Source: Octopus sinensis (taxonomy: Eukaryota). Taken from it: a stretch of DNA of 64,000 bases. A model generated the notes under the pieces. That model was given only the letters and a program-made list of their open reading frames with translations. It had not been told where the DNA came from and made no database searches. Location: assembly GCF_006345805.1 (NCBI RefSeq), contig NC_043005.1, forward strand, positions 57,226,001 through 57,290,000. Reading direction: 5' to 3'. A program made the position numbers and the translations under genes. Shown here piece after piece: positions 11,777 to 25,129 of the stretch (the stretch's first letter is position 1; each line of letters starts with the position of its first letter).

Positions 11777-12638
11777 CAGTGGTTCTCAACCATTTTTTTT
11801 ACCAATGGACCCTTTTGATTCTTACTTTACACTACTGGACCCCTGTAGCCATTCGATGGTTTAGAAAAATCCCGTTATATTTATATAATTTATTATTAAG
11901 AATTACATATAAAAATGTTAAAATATTTTATGCATTTTAGAATTATAACCAATTTATTGCACCTAAGTTTCAACTGCAAAATCTTATATGGGCCCCGGTC
12001 GAGACACATGGACAAAAAGTTTCTTTTTAAAATATGTACGAAGTTTATTACTTATGTACGCCATGTCTTTCCTTTTTCATTTTCTTTTGCATTTTGTGTT
12101 TACAAAACTGAAGGCACTTAACATACGGTGGTGCTGGTCGATCAACTAAATTATTCCTCAGCATTCCACTTGTAGTCTCAGCCAAAATCAGCGTGACCAC
12201 TGTGTGGCAAAACTGTATCTTTTGACTAACTGGAACAATCCAGTTTCTCTCATAGGTTATGGGTTGATCCCAAGTTATAGACCAAGGGTTCTCAACCATT
12301 ATTATTTTTTTTTATGTGTGGACCCCTTTGATTACTATTTTATGCTGGTGAATCCCTGTAGCCATTTGATGTTTAAAAACTAGTTTTATGGAGACATCTT
12401 TCAGAATTCTTATTTTGTTTTTCACACATTAACTTATGTAGGTTGAACTATGTAAAATGTTAGAGAAAGAAACCTAGCTGTTTCTTGCAATACATACAGC
12501 TACGGCAAATTTTTTTCAGGGGCCCTTAAAATAATAAATTGGATCCCCAGTTTATTATTTTGTTGCGTGGACCCCCCCCCTCTAAAATAATTATATGGAC
12601 CCTCAGGGGCCAATATGAATTCCAGTTGAGAACCACTA
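11777..12638. mobile_element. Two hAT (Charlie-like) MITE copies: truncated 11777-~12010 and complete 12283-12638
   Basis: CAGTGGTTCTCAA and CAAGGGTTCTCAA left ends with shared GGACCC subterminal motifs; right end TTGAGAACCACTA. The 8-bp TSD is only 5/8 matched. Confidence 0.7.
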
Positions 12639-13012
12639 GTACAGAACAAACATGGACAACCTTTGTTCGAAAAGCGGGCCACATGATATATGCTTCATCA
12701 TTTGGCGGGCTGCACTACTAAAAAAAATTTAAGGTAATTTTTCGTCAGGCGCACCGTGCCATTCAGAAAGTCCTACGGGCTGTAGGTTGCCCATAGTATG
12801 GACAACGGCACTTACCCATGATGCAACTTAGTGGGATAGAACCTACACCGCGAGGTTGGGAGGCGAACTTTTAACTATTCGTCCATATTGTATATGCATA
12901 AGAGCAAGTTAAATGAGAGGAGGCGAAAGATAGATAATCAATATTTCCAATTGATTATTCTTTTTAACTGCTATCGATCTCTGTCATCCCGCATCCTTAG
13001 GTATTTTCATAT

Positions 13013-13420
13013 TCTTTTATTGTTTTACTTATTTCAGGCATTAGACTGCGGCCTTGCTGGAGCACTACCTTGAATTTTTCTTTTTAGTTGAACAGATCGA
13101 CCCCAGTACTTATCTTTCGGTCTTTTTGCTGAACCGCTATGTTACGGGGACGTAAATAAACTAACACAGGTTGTTAAGCGGTGGGATGGTAGATACAGAC
13201 TCGAAAACATTCACACACCCACCCACCCACATACACACACACACACACACACCACGAACACAGACACATATAACGAAAGGCTTCTTTCAGCCTCCGTCTA
13301 CCAACCGGCTCACAAGGCCTGGGTCTGTAGTAGAAGACACTTGTTCAAGGTATAACGCACTAGGACTGAACCTGAAACCATGTGGTTGGGAGGCAAACAT
13401 CTTACCAAACAGTCATGCTG
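13013..13420 (-). mobile_element. tRNA-derived SINE family A
   Basis: Colinear with the other family A copies. Confidence 0.8.
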
Positions 13421-13547
13421 TGTAAAATATTTTTTTTAGCTCTCTTCCGGTCATTCAGTTACGTCATATGCATTTGTAAACAAGAATATAACGCCTGCAT
13501 TTGTGTTTACTTATCTATTATCTTCAATATATATATAAAACTAAGCA

Positions 13548-14806
13548 TCGGGTTGTCCGGAAAGTTCATGCCGATTTTTAACCGTTCATGTTCCAACACG
13601 TTAGAACACGTCAAATTTATCGACGTATAATATGCTTACCTTCCCGGTGAGCGCACACTTCAAACTATCTTTTGAGAAAGAAAGTTTAAAATTACTTAAT
13701 TCATGTCAATTTTGCATCCCTATGAAAATGGAAGATTATAAGGTGCATTTTAGACACTTGATGCTTTTCTTATTACCGTAAAGGAAAAAATGCTTCGCAA
13801 ACAACAAAAAGATATGTACAGTGTACGGTGAAGGTGCTTTAAGTGACAGAACTGTACGGAAGTGGTTCAATAAGTTTAGAGTTGATGATTGTAGATTTAT
13901 TGATGCTCAGGCAGACCCCCTCCCCACAGGATGACGACCAAATCAAGACATTGATTGAGAATAATCTACATTACGCAACACGGGAATTGATAGAAACATT
14001 AAGTTTATCAAAATCCACCAACCATGAGCACTTATTGAAGCTTGAGTACTCAAATCACTACGATGTTTGGGTACCACATGATCAGAGTGAAAAGAATCTT
14101 TTGGATCACATTTCTCACTGTGACATGCTGTATAAACGCAATGAAAATGCACCCTTTTTGAAGCAAATTGTGACGGGTAATGAGAAATGGATAGTTTGCG
14201 ACAATGTTCAGTGAAAAAGATCCTAGGGTAAGCCACATGATCCACCTTTAGCCACCCCATAAACAGGTCTTCATCCTAAGAAAGTCATGCTCTGCATCGA
14301 GTGGGATTGGAAATGAATCCTGTACTATGAGCTTCTGCCAAGTAACCAGTCAATTAATTCTGAGAAGTACTGTTCGCAACCGGACGATTTAAAGGCAGAA
14401 ATTCAAGAAAAGCGCACAGAATTGGCGAACAGGAAAGGTGTTTTCAAGATAATGCCAGCCCTCACGTTTCTTTGGCGACTCGTCAAAAGTTGTTGCAGCT
14501 TGGCTGGGATGTGTTACCCCACCCACCATATTCACCAGGCATTGCTCCTTCGGATTTTCATTTATTTAGGTCCTTGTAAAATAATCTCAATGGTAAAAAT
14601 TTTTAATTCTTTGGAGGACAGAACCCCCCCCCCACTTTAATGAGTTTTTTTGTAAAGAAACCATCGAAATTCTGGGAAGAGAAAATTTTAAAGTTGAATG
14701 AAAGCTGGGGAAAGGTTGTGCAACAAAATGGTTCATTTCATGGCATAATTTTGTTTTGTCTTTTAATTTCCCTAAGAAATCGGTACGAACTTTCCAAACA
14801 ACCCAA
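13548..14806 (+). mobile_element. Near full-length decayed mariner transposon (transposase pseudogene)
   Basis: TIRs TCGGGTTGTCCGGAAAGTTCATG / GTACGAACTTTCCAAACAACCCAA. Motifs WVPH, FLKQIVTGNEKWI, (H)DNA.PH and GWDVLPHPPYSP are spread across frames with stops. Confidence 0.92.
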
Positions 14807-14921
14807 TAGTTCTCCATCACAGTTCCTAACAGAACTTATATCAGTACAGTTATACACTGGCGGGCCCTTCATTAGTGCCATCATATTTAATGTAGTGAAG
14901 AAGTAGAGGAAATACAATTAA

Positions 14922-15448
14922 CCCTTTCACTGACCTCCTGTATATCACATGAAATACATATTTCCCTAGCGTCCATGCATGGTATATGATACACGACCCC
15001 CCTCACACCAAATTTCAGACATTGTACCTTTAGTAGACAGGATTAGAGTGAAATAGTTGGATTTAGGAGAGGACAGAGGGGGTTAGGCTTGATACTATAT
15101 TATGACTAAAGCTTGAACAATGTTGTCTATACATTTAAGTAAACCTAAAGTTTGTCGTTGAAACTAATTGCTTTATGCACCTTTACCGCCTACCACGGAG
15201 TAAAACTTGGCGTGTCGTGGTGGTGATGATGGTGGGTCAGCTCCATAATCGAGTGGTCATATTTATGAAAAGTATTTCCCATCCTGAACATCCCATTTTT
15301 TCAACTACCAGAGTAACTTGGGACTTATGAAAGGAAAGCCTTATTATGTTACTTAGAACGTATGACTCAAGGGTTAACGTAGTCTGGAAACATGGACGCC
15401 TAGGACAAACTTGAAACTTATGAAAAATGCTTTGGGCAGGTAAAGGGG
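14922..15448. mobile_element. piggyBac-like MITE carrying a 304-bp insert copied from nearby DNA
   Basis: TTAA|CCCTTTCACTGACC left end; GGGCAGGTAAAGGGG|TTTT right end; inverted subterminal motif CCTAG(G)CGTCCATG about 44 bp from each end. Confidence 0.5.
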
Positions 15449-15699
15449 TTTTATATTACGTATAATGTAAGGCGGCAAGAAATTATCTGTCTGCGATATC
15501 AGGCACAGCGTTTGGCGCTTGTCGAAAATAGTTTTATGGGACAGATTAACATGAAATAGACTGTTTCAAACGAAAATTTATGGCAATATCGTATATTGCT
15601 AAGAGTAAGCTAGCTGGAGTGATTCCAATTCTTTCATACACCGGAATGGATCTTGGGTTTACGTCTACCTCAACAGTGCAAATTAATGTTGTTTTCCAA

Positions 15700-15823
<124 letters not shown>

Positions 15824-15999
15824 GGTCCCGGGTTGAGTCGGGGTTAACCACAGTAAATAATTTTACTACAGTTCTAGTCCTGTAGAAGCTCCTTCTATAA
15901 AATAAATATATATATATATATATACATATATATACATACATACATATATATATATACATATATATACATACTTACATACATATACATACACAAATACAT

Positions 16000-16054
<55 letters not shown>

Positions 16055-16934
16055 GATATATATATATATGTATATATATATGTATTTGTATATATGATGT
16101 AAACTAATTGCTTTATGCACCTTTACCGCCTACCACGGCGTAAAACTTGGCGTGTCGTGGTGGTGATGATGGTGGGTCAGCTCCATAATCGAGTGGCCAT
16201 ATTTATGAAAAGTATTTCCCATCCTGAACATCCCATTTAATTTTTTCTTTTTCTTTTTTTTTTTTGTAAGCATTTCGCATCCCAGACTACATTATTCGAT
16301 ATGTCCTCTCTAAGACAACAGGCTATAATTTGCCTGCTATTTCTTCCTTTTCGAACAACCACATAGAGACTCCTACACTAGCTCTACGTTGTGTTGTGTG
16401 TAGCTGGGATCGTTCTTGTTCGTCGTATTGCATTGGTAGAGATACAGCTGATCAATAAGAATTATCGATTGATTTATTAGTTGCGGCCGATCTTACTTTT
16501 CATTATAATTCAAATTCCGCCAAGGTCGACTTACCTTCCATCCTTTCAGGTTCGGTGAATTAATTGACAGTCGAGCAGTGGGGTCGATGTAATCGATTAG
16601 ACCCCCTCACACCAAATTTCAGACATTGTACCTTTAGTAGACAGGATTAGAGTGAAATAGTTGGATTTAGGAGAGGACAGAAGGGGGCTAGGCTTGATAC
16701 TATATTATGACTAAAGCTTGAACAATGTTGTCTATACATTTAAGTAAACCTAAAGTTTGTCGTTGAAACTTTGGTAAATCTTAAGAAAAGCAAAATTAAA
16801 ACCCTTAAACTTGTTACCAAATACTTGGCCTCACTAGTACCAAAAACGCACCACCGCAAAAACAAAAAAAAAAAAACCTGCAAAAACCGAAGCTTCTTCT
16901 TCTTCATGGTTAGAAAATATTTCAGCTGTTACAA

Positions 16935-17028
16935 TACTCCTGTAACATACCTACTATAGAGTACTGCTTGCTACATCTATAGAGTACTCCTGTAACATAC
17001 CTACTATAGAGTACTGCTTGCTACATCT
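16935..17028. repeat. 50-bp period tandem duplication
   Basis: tactcctgtaacatacctactatagagtactgcttgctacatct at 16935 and 16985. Confidence 0.9.
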
Positions 17029-17084
17029 GGGACAGTACTGCTGTGACGCTAACACAATCTTCCACAACTGCATCTAACTGAACT

Positions 17085-17420
17085 GACATTGACTTCAAGT
17101 TTTGGCTCAAGGCCAGCAATTTCGGGATGGGGATAAGTCGATCACATCGACCCTAGTTTTCAACTGGTACTTATTTTATTGACCCCGAAAGGATGAAAGG
17201 CAAAGTCGACTTCGGCGGACTTTCAGCTTAGAACGTAAACACGGACGAAATCCTGAGAAGCATTTTACCCGGTTTGCTAACGATTCTGTTAGCTAGCCAG
17301 TAATTTCGGGGAGGGTTTTTGTCGATTACCTCGAGCCCAGTGTTTAACTGGTGTTTATTTTATCGATCTGCGAAGAATTTTGCCCGGTGTGCTAATGCTT
17401 CTACCAGCTCTCCGCCTTGC
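17085..17420 (-). mobile_element. SINE family C, one copy plus a partial copy
   Basis: atcgaccccgaaaggatgaaaggcaaagtcgac core, shared with 23391 and 53839. Confidence 0.75.
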
Positions 17421-17441
17421 ATCTAAACGACAACTTTTATA

Positions 17442-17818
17442 TCTTTATATATAAAAGTGAAGTTGTGTGTCTGTTTCCTACGATTTAGATTCCTAACTAC
17501 TTCCACATTTTGCGGTGCAGTTTAACCAAAACCGGGTATCTTATAGTCGTGATTCAGATCGAGCCCTTCTGGGTATTAGCGCGCGTCTACGATCAGTCTA
17601 CGATTTAAAAAATTATTTACCATCATTTTTTTCGCTATTATATAAGGGAAGTAACTCTCTAAAAATGTCTACGATGAGTTAACGATTTAAAAAAAATTTA
17701 CCATCATTTTTTCCCCATTTTTAATGCATTTTTTGCTATTTTTTGGCTATAACTCTCTAAAAATGCTTATATAGTTATTTCCCTTACAAACCCGAGCAAC
17801 GCCGGGCGATACTGCTAG
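17442..17818 (+). mobile_element. Non-autonomous Helitron
   Basis: Starts A|TCTTTATATATAAAA; subterminal hairpin CCCGAGCAACGCCGGG (17791-17806); ends CTAG|T; no TSD. Confidence 0.85.
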
Positions 17819-17819
17819 T

Positions 17820-18040
17820 CACTACTACAACGGTTTCTTTGAACCTGCTGATTACATAACTCTACCGCCACTTCAGATTGTCCGCTTCTCTTATCCCTTC
17901 CACAGGTCTTGACCCTGTGCTCTAATCCTTTGTCCCCGGTGTGCCCACTCCATGGAATTCATCCCCGCCTACATACTACTTGCAGTCGGCGATTTTCAGA
18001 AATTCAAGAGCTCTCCTCGACACAGTTGCTGTTTAAAGCT
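17820..18040 (+). mobile_element. CR1/L2-like LINE 3' ORF remnant
   Basis: Translation SFVPGVPTPWNSSP resembles the SFFPR..WNSLP C-terminal motif. Confidence 0.45.
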
Positions 18041-18160
18041 CCAGGTTAATCTCAGCCAAACAAATCTAGGTGGCACGCAGTGGGACTGAACTTGGAACCA
18101 TGTTGTTGGGAAGCAAGCTTCTTACCACGTGGCCACGACTGCGTCTATTATACAACTTAC

Positions 18161-19281
18161 TGTTAACAAGTCGGGATGCGTGGCGTTCAGTTACTCCATA
18201 AATGAAAAATGCATTAAATACTACAAAACGTACACGTAGGACAGATACAGACGGGCCCTAATCCGTCCTCAGTTATCGACTACAAATACTAATACCCAGT
18301 TTCGTGCCTTTAACGATAAGACTGGGAACTTTGTATATCGGCGGCGTCTGCAACATTTGCGTAGAATTAAGGCTCGAGCAAACAAAACAATACGGGGTTG
18401 ACGTACGAAAGTAAACAAATGTAATTTGAAACGATAGACGAAGACAATAAATAAAGCGTAAGGTGTACTAGCCATCTGAATGTGGCTAGCCACTGGGGGT
18501 GGGGTGTTACTGATGCTTTTAGCCCCAGGCGATCAACGTCACCAGATGGACTTTAGACACAATCTCAGTGCCCTTGTGTTATTTGCAAAGGGAGGTCATC
18601 CTCCCTCGAAAACCTAAGTACTACATACGGACTATAGTTTCAAGGTAATTGCCTCTCGTCAACGCATGGTAAACACCGGTTTTCCATGAAGGAGACCCCT
18701 TGCAATCGCCTGGGGCTAAAAGCATCAGTAACACCCCACCCCCAGTGGCTAGCCACATTCAGATGGCTAGTACACCTTACGTTGTCGAGCGGTTACTGTT
18801 TATATCTCGTTCAGAGATTTATTAATAATAAATAAAGCCTTTCGGCCAAACTCGAGACGGATGGGGAACGCCTGGAGAGAATCCTCAAATGGATATAAAA
18901 AGAATTAGTAAGAGAGGAGAAGAAGGTTGACCAGCACGCTAGGCATCCGGCGGCGAAAAGGCAGAGGATAGAAAATCAGTCACGTGTGGGCAGCAGATAA
19001 AAGGGAAGGAGGATGATAGAGAGAGAGAGAGAGAGAGAACAGGGGGAGGAGGGGAGAAAGTCTACAATTAAGTGTGAGAAGACGAGAGAGAGGGAGAGAG
19101 GAAGTAGGGATGCTGGAAAAGGAATATCAGGTCGAAAGAGAAAGAAAGAAAGAAAGATAGAGTCGCAAAAAATATATACAAAAAAAAAAATGTTAACAAA
19201 AGTCGGGATACGTGGCGTTCAGTTACTCCATAAATGAAAAATACACCAAATACTACAAAACGTACACGTAGGACAGACACA
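18161..19281. repeat. Unit bounded by ~90-bp direct repeats (18161-18249 and 19191-19281)
   Basis: tgttaacaa(aa)gtcgggat.cgtggcgttcagttactccataaatgaaaaat...cgtacacgtaggacaga at both ends, with about 6 differences. Confidence 0.75.
18458..18826 (+). mobile_element. Short retroposon insertion with 12-bp TSD and an inverted 5' segment
   Basis: TSD AATAAATAAAGC at 18446-57 and 18827-38; perfect 77-bp inverted repeat 18457-18533/18705-18781; 3' motif gttactgtttatatctcg..cagagattt shared with ~25070 and ~26450. Confidence 0.7.
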
Positions 19282-19429
19282 TATATTATTTATTTAAAGG
19301 TCACAATACATGTATTAAATCACTGCTAATAGTTTCATATGTTGAGAAAACTCAAATTTATTCTTCAGGCGCAAACCAGATATAACGAACTAAAGAAATT
19401 GAATAATAGAAGAAACGCGAATATATATA

Positions 19430-19809
19430 CAGGGGGATTCAAAAGTCTCCATACATAGGAAAAATTTATTTTTTATGGGAGACGGTTTTTAAGATCCCCT
19501 AGATAGATCCCTTGATCTGACCCCTCTTGATTTCTATCTTTGGGGGCATTTGAAAGGCAATGGGGTATCGTGGAAAGATAAAAGACATAAATGATTTGAA
19601 GGAACGCATCAGCAACTCCTTTGCACACGTATCACCAGATGTGCTATTATGAGTTCACAATGAGTCGGGTAAACGTATTGCAATGTGTATTCAAAACAAT
19701 GGTAAACATATAAAGCCTATTAAATAAAAAAAACAAACTGTTCTTATAAACTGTTTCTTACAAAAAAAGATAAATTGTTCCTATGTATGGCGACTTTTGA
19801 ATCATTTTG
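19430..19809 (+). mobile_element. Tc1/mariner-superfamily deletion derivative (380 bp)
   Basis: TA|CAGGGGGATTCAAAAGTCTCCATACATAGG...CCTATGTATGGCGACTTTTGAATCATTTTG|TA; internal translation RSLDLTPLDFYLWGHLK. Confidence 0.88.
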
Positions 19810-20059
19810 TATATATATTCATACACATGAACGCACGCACAAACGTACACGCATGCGCACACACTTATGTAAGTTCATAGGTGGGAAATAAGGTGGAAAA
19901 ACAGTATTCGAATATCAAAGACAGTAAAATATAGTGTTTTTTATTGTTTGTAACATGAAAGCCTAAGTAACAAACTGTAGTTTTCAGCTTCAATACTATA
20001 TCTATCTATCGATCTTATGGCTAAGATCGAGGTCTGATATCTACTCTTAACAGTTATAT

Positions 20060-23000
20060 ATACACCAGGTCGCTCCTGAGTTCTACTGGTGACATGTAAC
20101 CTAGTACAAGCTGTTGCATGGCCGAGTCATCGGCGACTAAACTGGCAACCTCACCGAACTTGCATGGCGAGGAAAGTGATTGTTGGACAACCTGCGGGAC
20201 GAAAATTTAAACCCGCCAAAGGCCGGAGGAATTTGGGAATAGTCAACGGCCATCCAACAATATATGTACATGTATATATTGTTTTTATTTTATTTTATTT
20301 CTATTTTATGTTGTTTTCTTTTATTTTATATGCTTATATATTTTATTTTATTTATATTTTAAGATTTTTTAAAAATTTTACATATTTAACTTCATATATT
20401 ATGGGCAACATGGGGCTCCTTAACCGTGGTGAAGGCATCCCATCTAGAAGAGAGAAACTCTGATATAAAACCAGGTCTTTGGTTGCTGAGGGTCTCCTTA
20501 ACAGAGCTGTACTATCAGCAAACTCTGACTCATAGAATAGACTAGGTTCTCCAGCTTGTTTATAGCGGCTTGTTTAGGAGATGGAAACTTCTGAAGAAAA
20601 AGCCTGAGGTGTGTTGTTCATGGTATTGTAGCATATATGTGCACCATATTCTTGCTTTCATCACTTCCAAAAATTGTGGCTGGTTCTACACAAACCTTCA
20701 ATACTTAAATCAAATCATATGTGTAGATCTTTTGATGACTTACATTTATTCATTCAGTACAATCATTCAGCACCAGAACGAAGAATAGCACTGGTTGCCA
20801 GTTAATTTTAAAAAATACAACATTATCGCGCTCAGTGAAACTCGTCTTGCAGGATCATCAAAGTGGATACGCATTTTTCTGGTCTGAAAGAAATGAGGAC
20901 GAGCTGCGCCACTCCGGTGTTGGTTTCGCCATCAAATCAGAAATAACTAGATCCCTTCTTTCTCTACCTAGAGGTATTTCTGATCGCATCATGACACTAA
21001 CGCTGGAACTTGATCATAACGCTCGTGCTACGCTTGTCAGTTACTATGCTCCAACCATAGTCAGCACTGGGCGGGAAAAGGATGACTCTTACAACTAACT
21101 CCGTGATGTCATCTCCAGTTGATAAACTTATTCTTAAGGGCGACATTAACGCTCGTATTGATACTGACTATCAGACTCGGGAGGGTGTACTTGGTCGCCA
21201 TGGTGTTGGTCGAATGAACTCTACTAGTCTGCGTGTGCTCATCATCTGCAGGGAATTCAGTCTAAGCATAACAAATACCATTTTTTCAACAGCGAAATTG
21301 TTGCAAGACGACCTGGATGTATCTTAGATCTAAGGATTGGAATCTCAAAGACTTTGTTATCACTAACAAGTGAGATATTAGGGACTTTAACATGACACGT
21401 TCCTTTCGTAACATCTGTCTCTCTGACCATTGTCCACTTCGTAGTAAGGCTACGATATCCATCTGAAGCACACAAGACTACAAAAGTCATCAAGTGCATA
21501 AGCGCATTAATGTTTAAAAACCGCTGAAAAGCAGGCTGAGCTTTCTATCGAGCTGTACACTGCAGTTAACACTGTTGATATCAGTGATGACATTGAATCG
21601 TCTTGGAAAGCTCTGAGTGGCCTAACACATTCTGCATCCGTAGAAGTTTTCGGACTTCCTGTTCGTAAGCGTCAAGATTGATTCAGTGATAACAGCGCAG
21701 ATGTGCATCAATAAAATGCACAGCTCTCATAAAACGTATATCAATGATTAGAGCTCATCCTGAAAAGAGAATACTTATAAATGAAGAGGCCAGGCCCAAC
21801 ACGCACTGAAACAGACGAAGAAGGCTTGGGGATCTGGCAAATCTGACATCCTGAAACTATGGAAAGACCACTTCGAAGTCGTGTTGGACACCTCCTTAGT
21901 CACTAATGATTACATCATAATGTCTATTCCACAGTACTCTGAAATACCGGAATAGTCTCTGAAGCCAACATTCTTAGAAGTGGTATACTTTATTAAACAG
22001 ATCTCTTCTGGTAAAGCACCTGGTAGGGATACTATCCCTGAAATCTACAAGCATGGTGGACAGAAGCTTTTCTAGAAATTGCATGACCTCTTCATAAGTA
22101 TTTGGAAGGTAGGCCGTGTACCACAGGACTTTAAAGATGCCTCAATTCAACATCTTTATAAGAACAAAGGAAACAGAAGTGATATAATCATCGTGGGATA
22201 TCACTTTTGTCTATTACTGGTAAGATTCTTGCTCGACACGTTCTTGACAGGATCATCAAACACGTCGTCAATGACATCTATTTAGAATCACAGTGCGGAT
22301 TTTGCTCTGGTCGTGTCACTATCGATATGATATTTTCCCTTTGTCAGTTCATGTATAAGGTACATGAGAAAAATCAAGGTTTGTTCATTGACCTTACTAA
22401 GACAGGCCTTCGTTGACCTTACTAAAGTGTTCGTTTACCTTACCTAGGCCTCCGACACTGTCAACCGGCAAGAACTTTGAAAAGTTCTGAAAAAACTCGG
22501 TATACCTGACAAGATGTTGAATGTTATCATCTCCCTTCATGAGGGAATGAAGGTTGCTGTCATGTCCGGCGGGGTATCTTCGGCTTCTTCCGATGTTACA
22601 AACAGCACAAAGCAAGGTTGTGTTATGGTCCCTGTTTTGTTTGCACTCTTCTTTCCAGTGATGCTGTTGGTATACTTTTGATGACACACAAAGTGGTGTC
22701 AAATTCCAGTTTCGAATATGTGGTGGACTATTCAATCATCAGCGTTTCTAAGCCAAAACATTGCTACCGGTATCACTCGTGATCTGCTTTTTGCAGATGC
22801 TGCTGCACTAGTAGCGACCTCCTTAGGGGAAGCTCAGGAACTTCTAGACCGGTTTTCTGCTGCATGTAAGGCCTTTAGCTTGACCATCAGCATAAAGAAG
22901 ACGAAAGTTATCCACCAACTTTGCCCTACTCCTTAGCAAATTCGAGGTGTCAAGCTGAGGCCACCGGTTCATGATGTCCCTGACACTCCTATTCATGTCG

Positions 23001-23946
23001 ATGGGAAAAACCTAAAGTATATGAAGTCATTTACACATCTTGGTAGTAAAGTGAACTCGAGCACTTCCCTTGATAATGAAATTGTCAACCGTCTTGCGAA
23101 AGCAACCAACGCATTTGGCAAACTCCGTAATCGCCTACGAAATGAAAGGGGCATTAAACTTGATACCAAAGAAGTTTGTCTCAGGACAATCTACTGTTAT
23201 TCACTAAAAAAACAGAGTTTCTAATGCCGACCTGTTTAGCAAGTGTAATATTGACGGAATTAAGAACTTCCTTTTTGAGATCAATTGCGCTGGGCTGGTC
23301 GTGTTGCCAGAATGAGTGACGAAAGAATATTGGTCGACCATGCTCAGATATAAGGACAACCTGAAGAGTAGCCTCTCAGCAGTCAATATATATTTCTTTA
23401 CTGCCCACAAGGGGCTAAACATAGAGGGGACAAACAAGAACAGTCAAAGGGATTAAGCCGATTACATCGACCCCAGTGCGAAACTGGTACTTTATTTATC
23501 GACCCCGAAAGGATGAAAGGCAAAGTCGACCTCGGCGGAATTTGAACTCAGAACGTGACGGCAGACGAAATACCGCAAAGCATTTCGCCCGGCGTGCTAA
23601 CGTTTCTGCCAGCTCGCCGCCTTTCTCAGCAGTCAATATAACTTACAACACCTTTGAGCAAACAGCCTTGGAGCGAAAATAAATGGAGATCGTTGAGTCA
23701 AAATGGTGTAAGAAAATTTGTTGCAACCAGCATTATTAACAGGCTTAGGGGTGGAAGGCAAAGAAGAAAAGCGGCTGCAAATATAATACCACCTGAACTG
23801 ACCCGTAATCATCATACTTGCAACATCTGTGGGCTTCTTTGCTAATCGTTGGCGGGGCTTTAATGTCACATTCGACACAACCATTGCGACTGACAAAGAA
23901 AGACTAAGTTGTCAGATCTCCATACGTCGAAGCTGACGGGAGAGTC
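20060..23946 (+). mobile_element. Near full-length decayed RTE (BovB-like) LINE
   Basis: APE endonuclease (LSETRL; GYAFFWS...GVGFAIKS...ISDRIM...YAPT); RT (PQDFKDASIQHLYKNKG; ESQCGF...TIDMIF; FIDLTK; KQGCV; LLFAD); C-terminal CNICG. Many stops; (CA)n follows at 23949. Confidence 0.92.
23391..23623 (-). mobile_element. SINE family C inserted into the RTE, with 17-bp TSD
   Basis: TCTCAGCAGTCAATATA at 23374-90 and 23624-40; B-box GTTCAAATTCC on the minus strand. Confidence 0.92.
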
Positions 23947-24030
<84 letters not shown>

Positions 24031-24180
24031 TACGTTAAAAAATTATATAGAAGTACAAACAAACGGAAAATCCACACAAGAAATGTCGCTAAATCCTCAT
24101 CAATTGTCCACAGGATCATAATAAGTTCGTGTATTTGAATATATCTGATGTGAAACGCGCATGTTCCTATTTTGTAACCA

Positions 24181-24218
<38 letters not shown>

Positions 24219-24552
24219 ATTTATCTATGTGGCATTCCAGCTAACACGTGCTTTTTATTACGTATGAATGTAATAAAATTGTTTTCGGTATGTAGAATAG
24301 TATGTCGCCCCGTTCTGTTAATGACTGCCAGTCTTAGAATAATCTGTGCTTCAATCATGAAGCTTTTTATTGTTCTTTTTTTATACTTATTTATTTATTT
24401 ATTTATTTTGTTTGTATGTTTGTTTGCAATGTGTATCAAAAGGATTGCGAAACTCTAAGAGCTACTGCCCGCAAGTATATCTTAGCTCTGAGTTCTGAAA
24501 ACGTTGTTTGTGCCATCACTGACTGAGCGCATGTTTTGTGTGTATGTGTGCA

Positions 24553-24597
<45 letters not shown>

Positions 24598-24769
24598 TTG
24601 TGTGTGTGCGTGTGTGCGTGCGTGCGTGCGTATGCCATGCTATGGGTCCTTAAGTTCTAATGATATTGTGGGAGCACTGCTGTGATATACGGCGCACCAC
24701 GAATATTTTTAGAGAAGGTGCGGCCCATCCCCTCCTGCTTCGACCACAAAAGATTTCTTCCAGCGAGAG

Positions 24770-24810
<41 letters not shown>

Positions 24811-24939
24811 GACAGAGAGAGAATAGATGCCAGTACAGACCTGGTACTTTATTTATCGACCCTGAAAAGATGAAAAGCAAAGTTGAGCTCGCAAGAAAAG
24901 GGACCCGGACCGATTACCACTAAGCGATATATTCAACGT

Positions 24940-25088
24940 CTCATGATTCTGCCAACTGGGAGAGATGTCTTCCTGGGGCTTGTAAACGTCTGTAGCACTG
25001 TCCCGTATAAGACGCCACACTTGGTTGGCAATGACATGTTACGATTCTGTTTTGCTACTGTTTATATCTCGCCCAGAGATTTAATATA

Positions 25089-25092
<4 letters not shown>
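24940..25092 (+). mobile_element. 3' fragment of an unnamed repeat family ending at (TA)n
   Basis: Closely matches 26340-26482 (gagatgtctt..tggggc..tcccgtataagacgccacacttggtt..atatctcgcccagagattt). Confidence 0.7.

Positions 25093-25129
<37 letters not shown>

Noticed and set aside
18457-18781. Classical MITE with 77-bp TIRs and TA TSD
   Set aside because: Family-homologous sequence continues past the right arm, and a 12-bp TSD brackets a larger unit; reinterpreted as an inverted retroposon.
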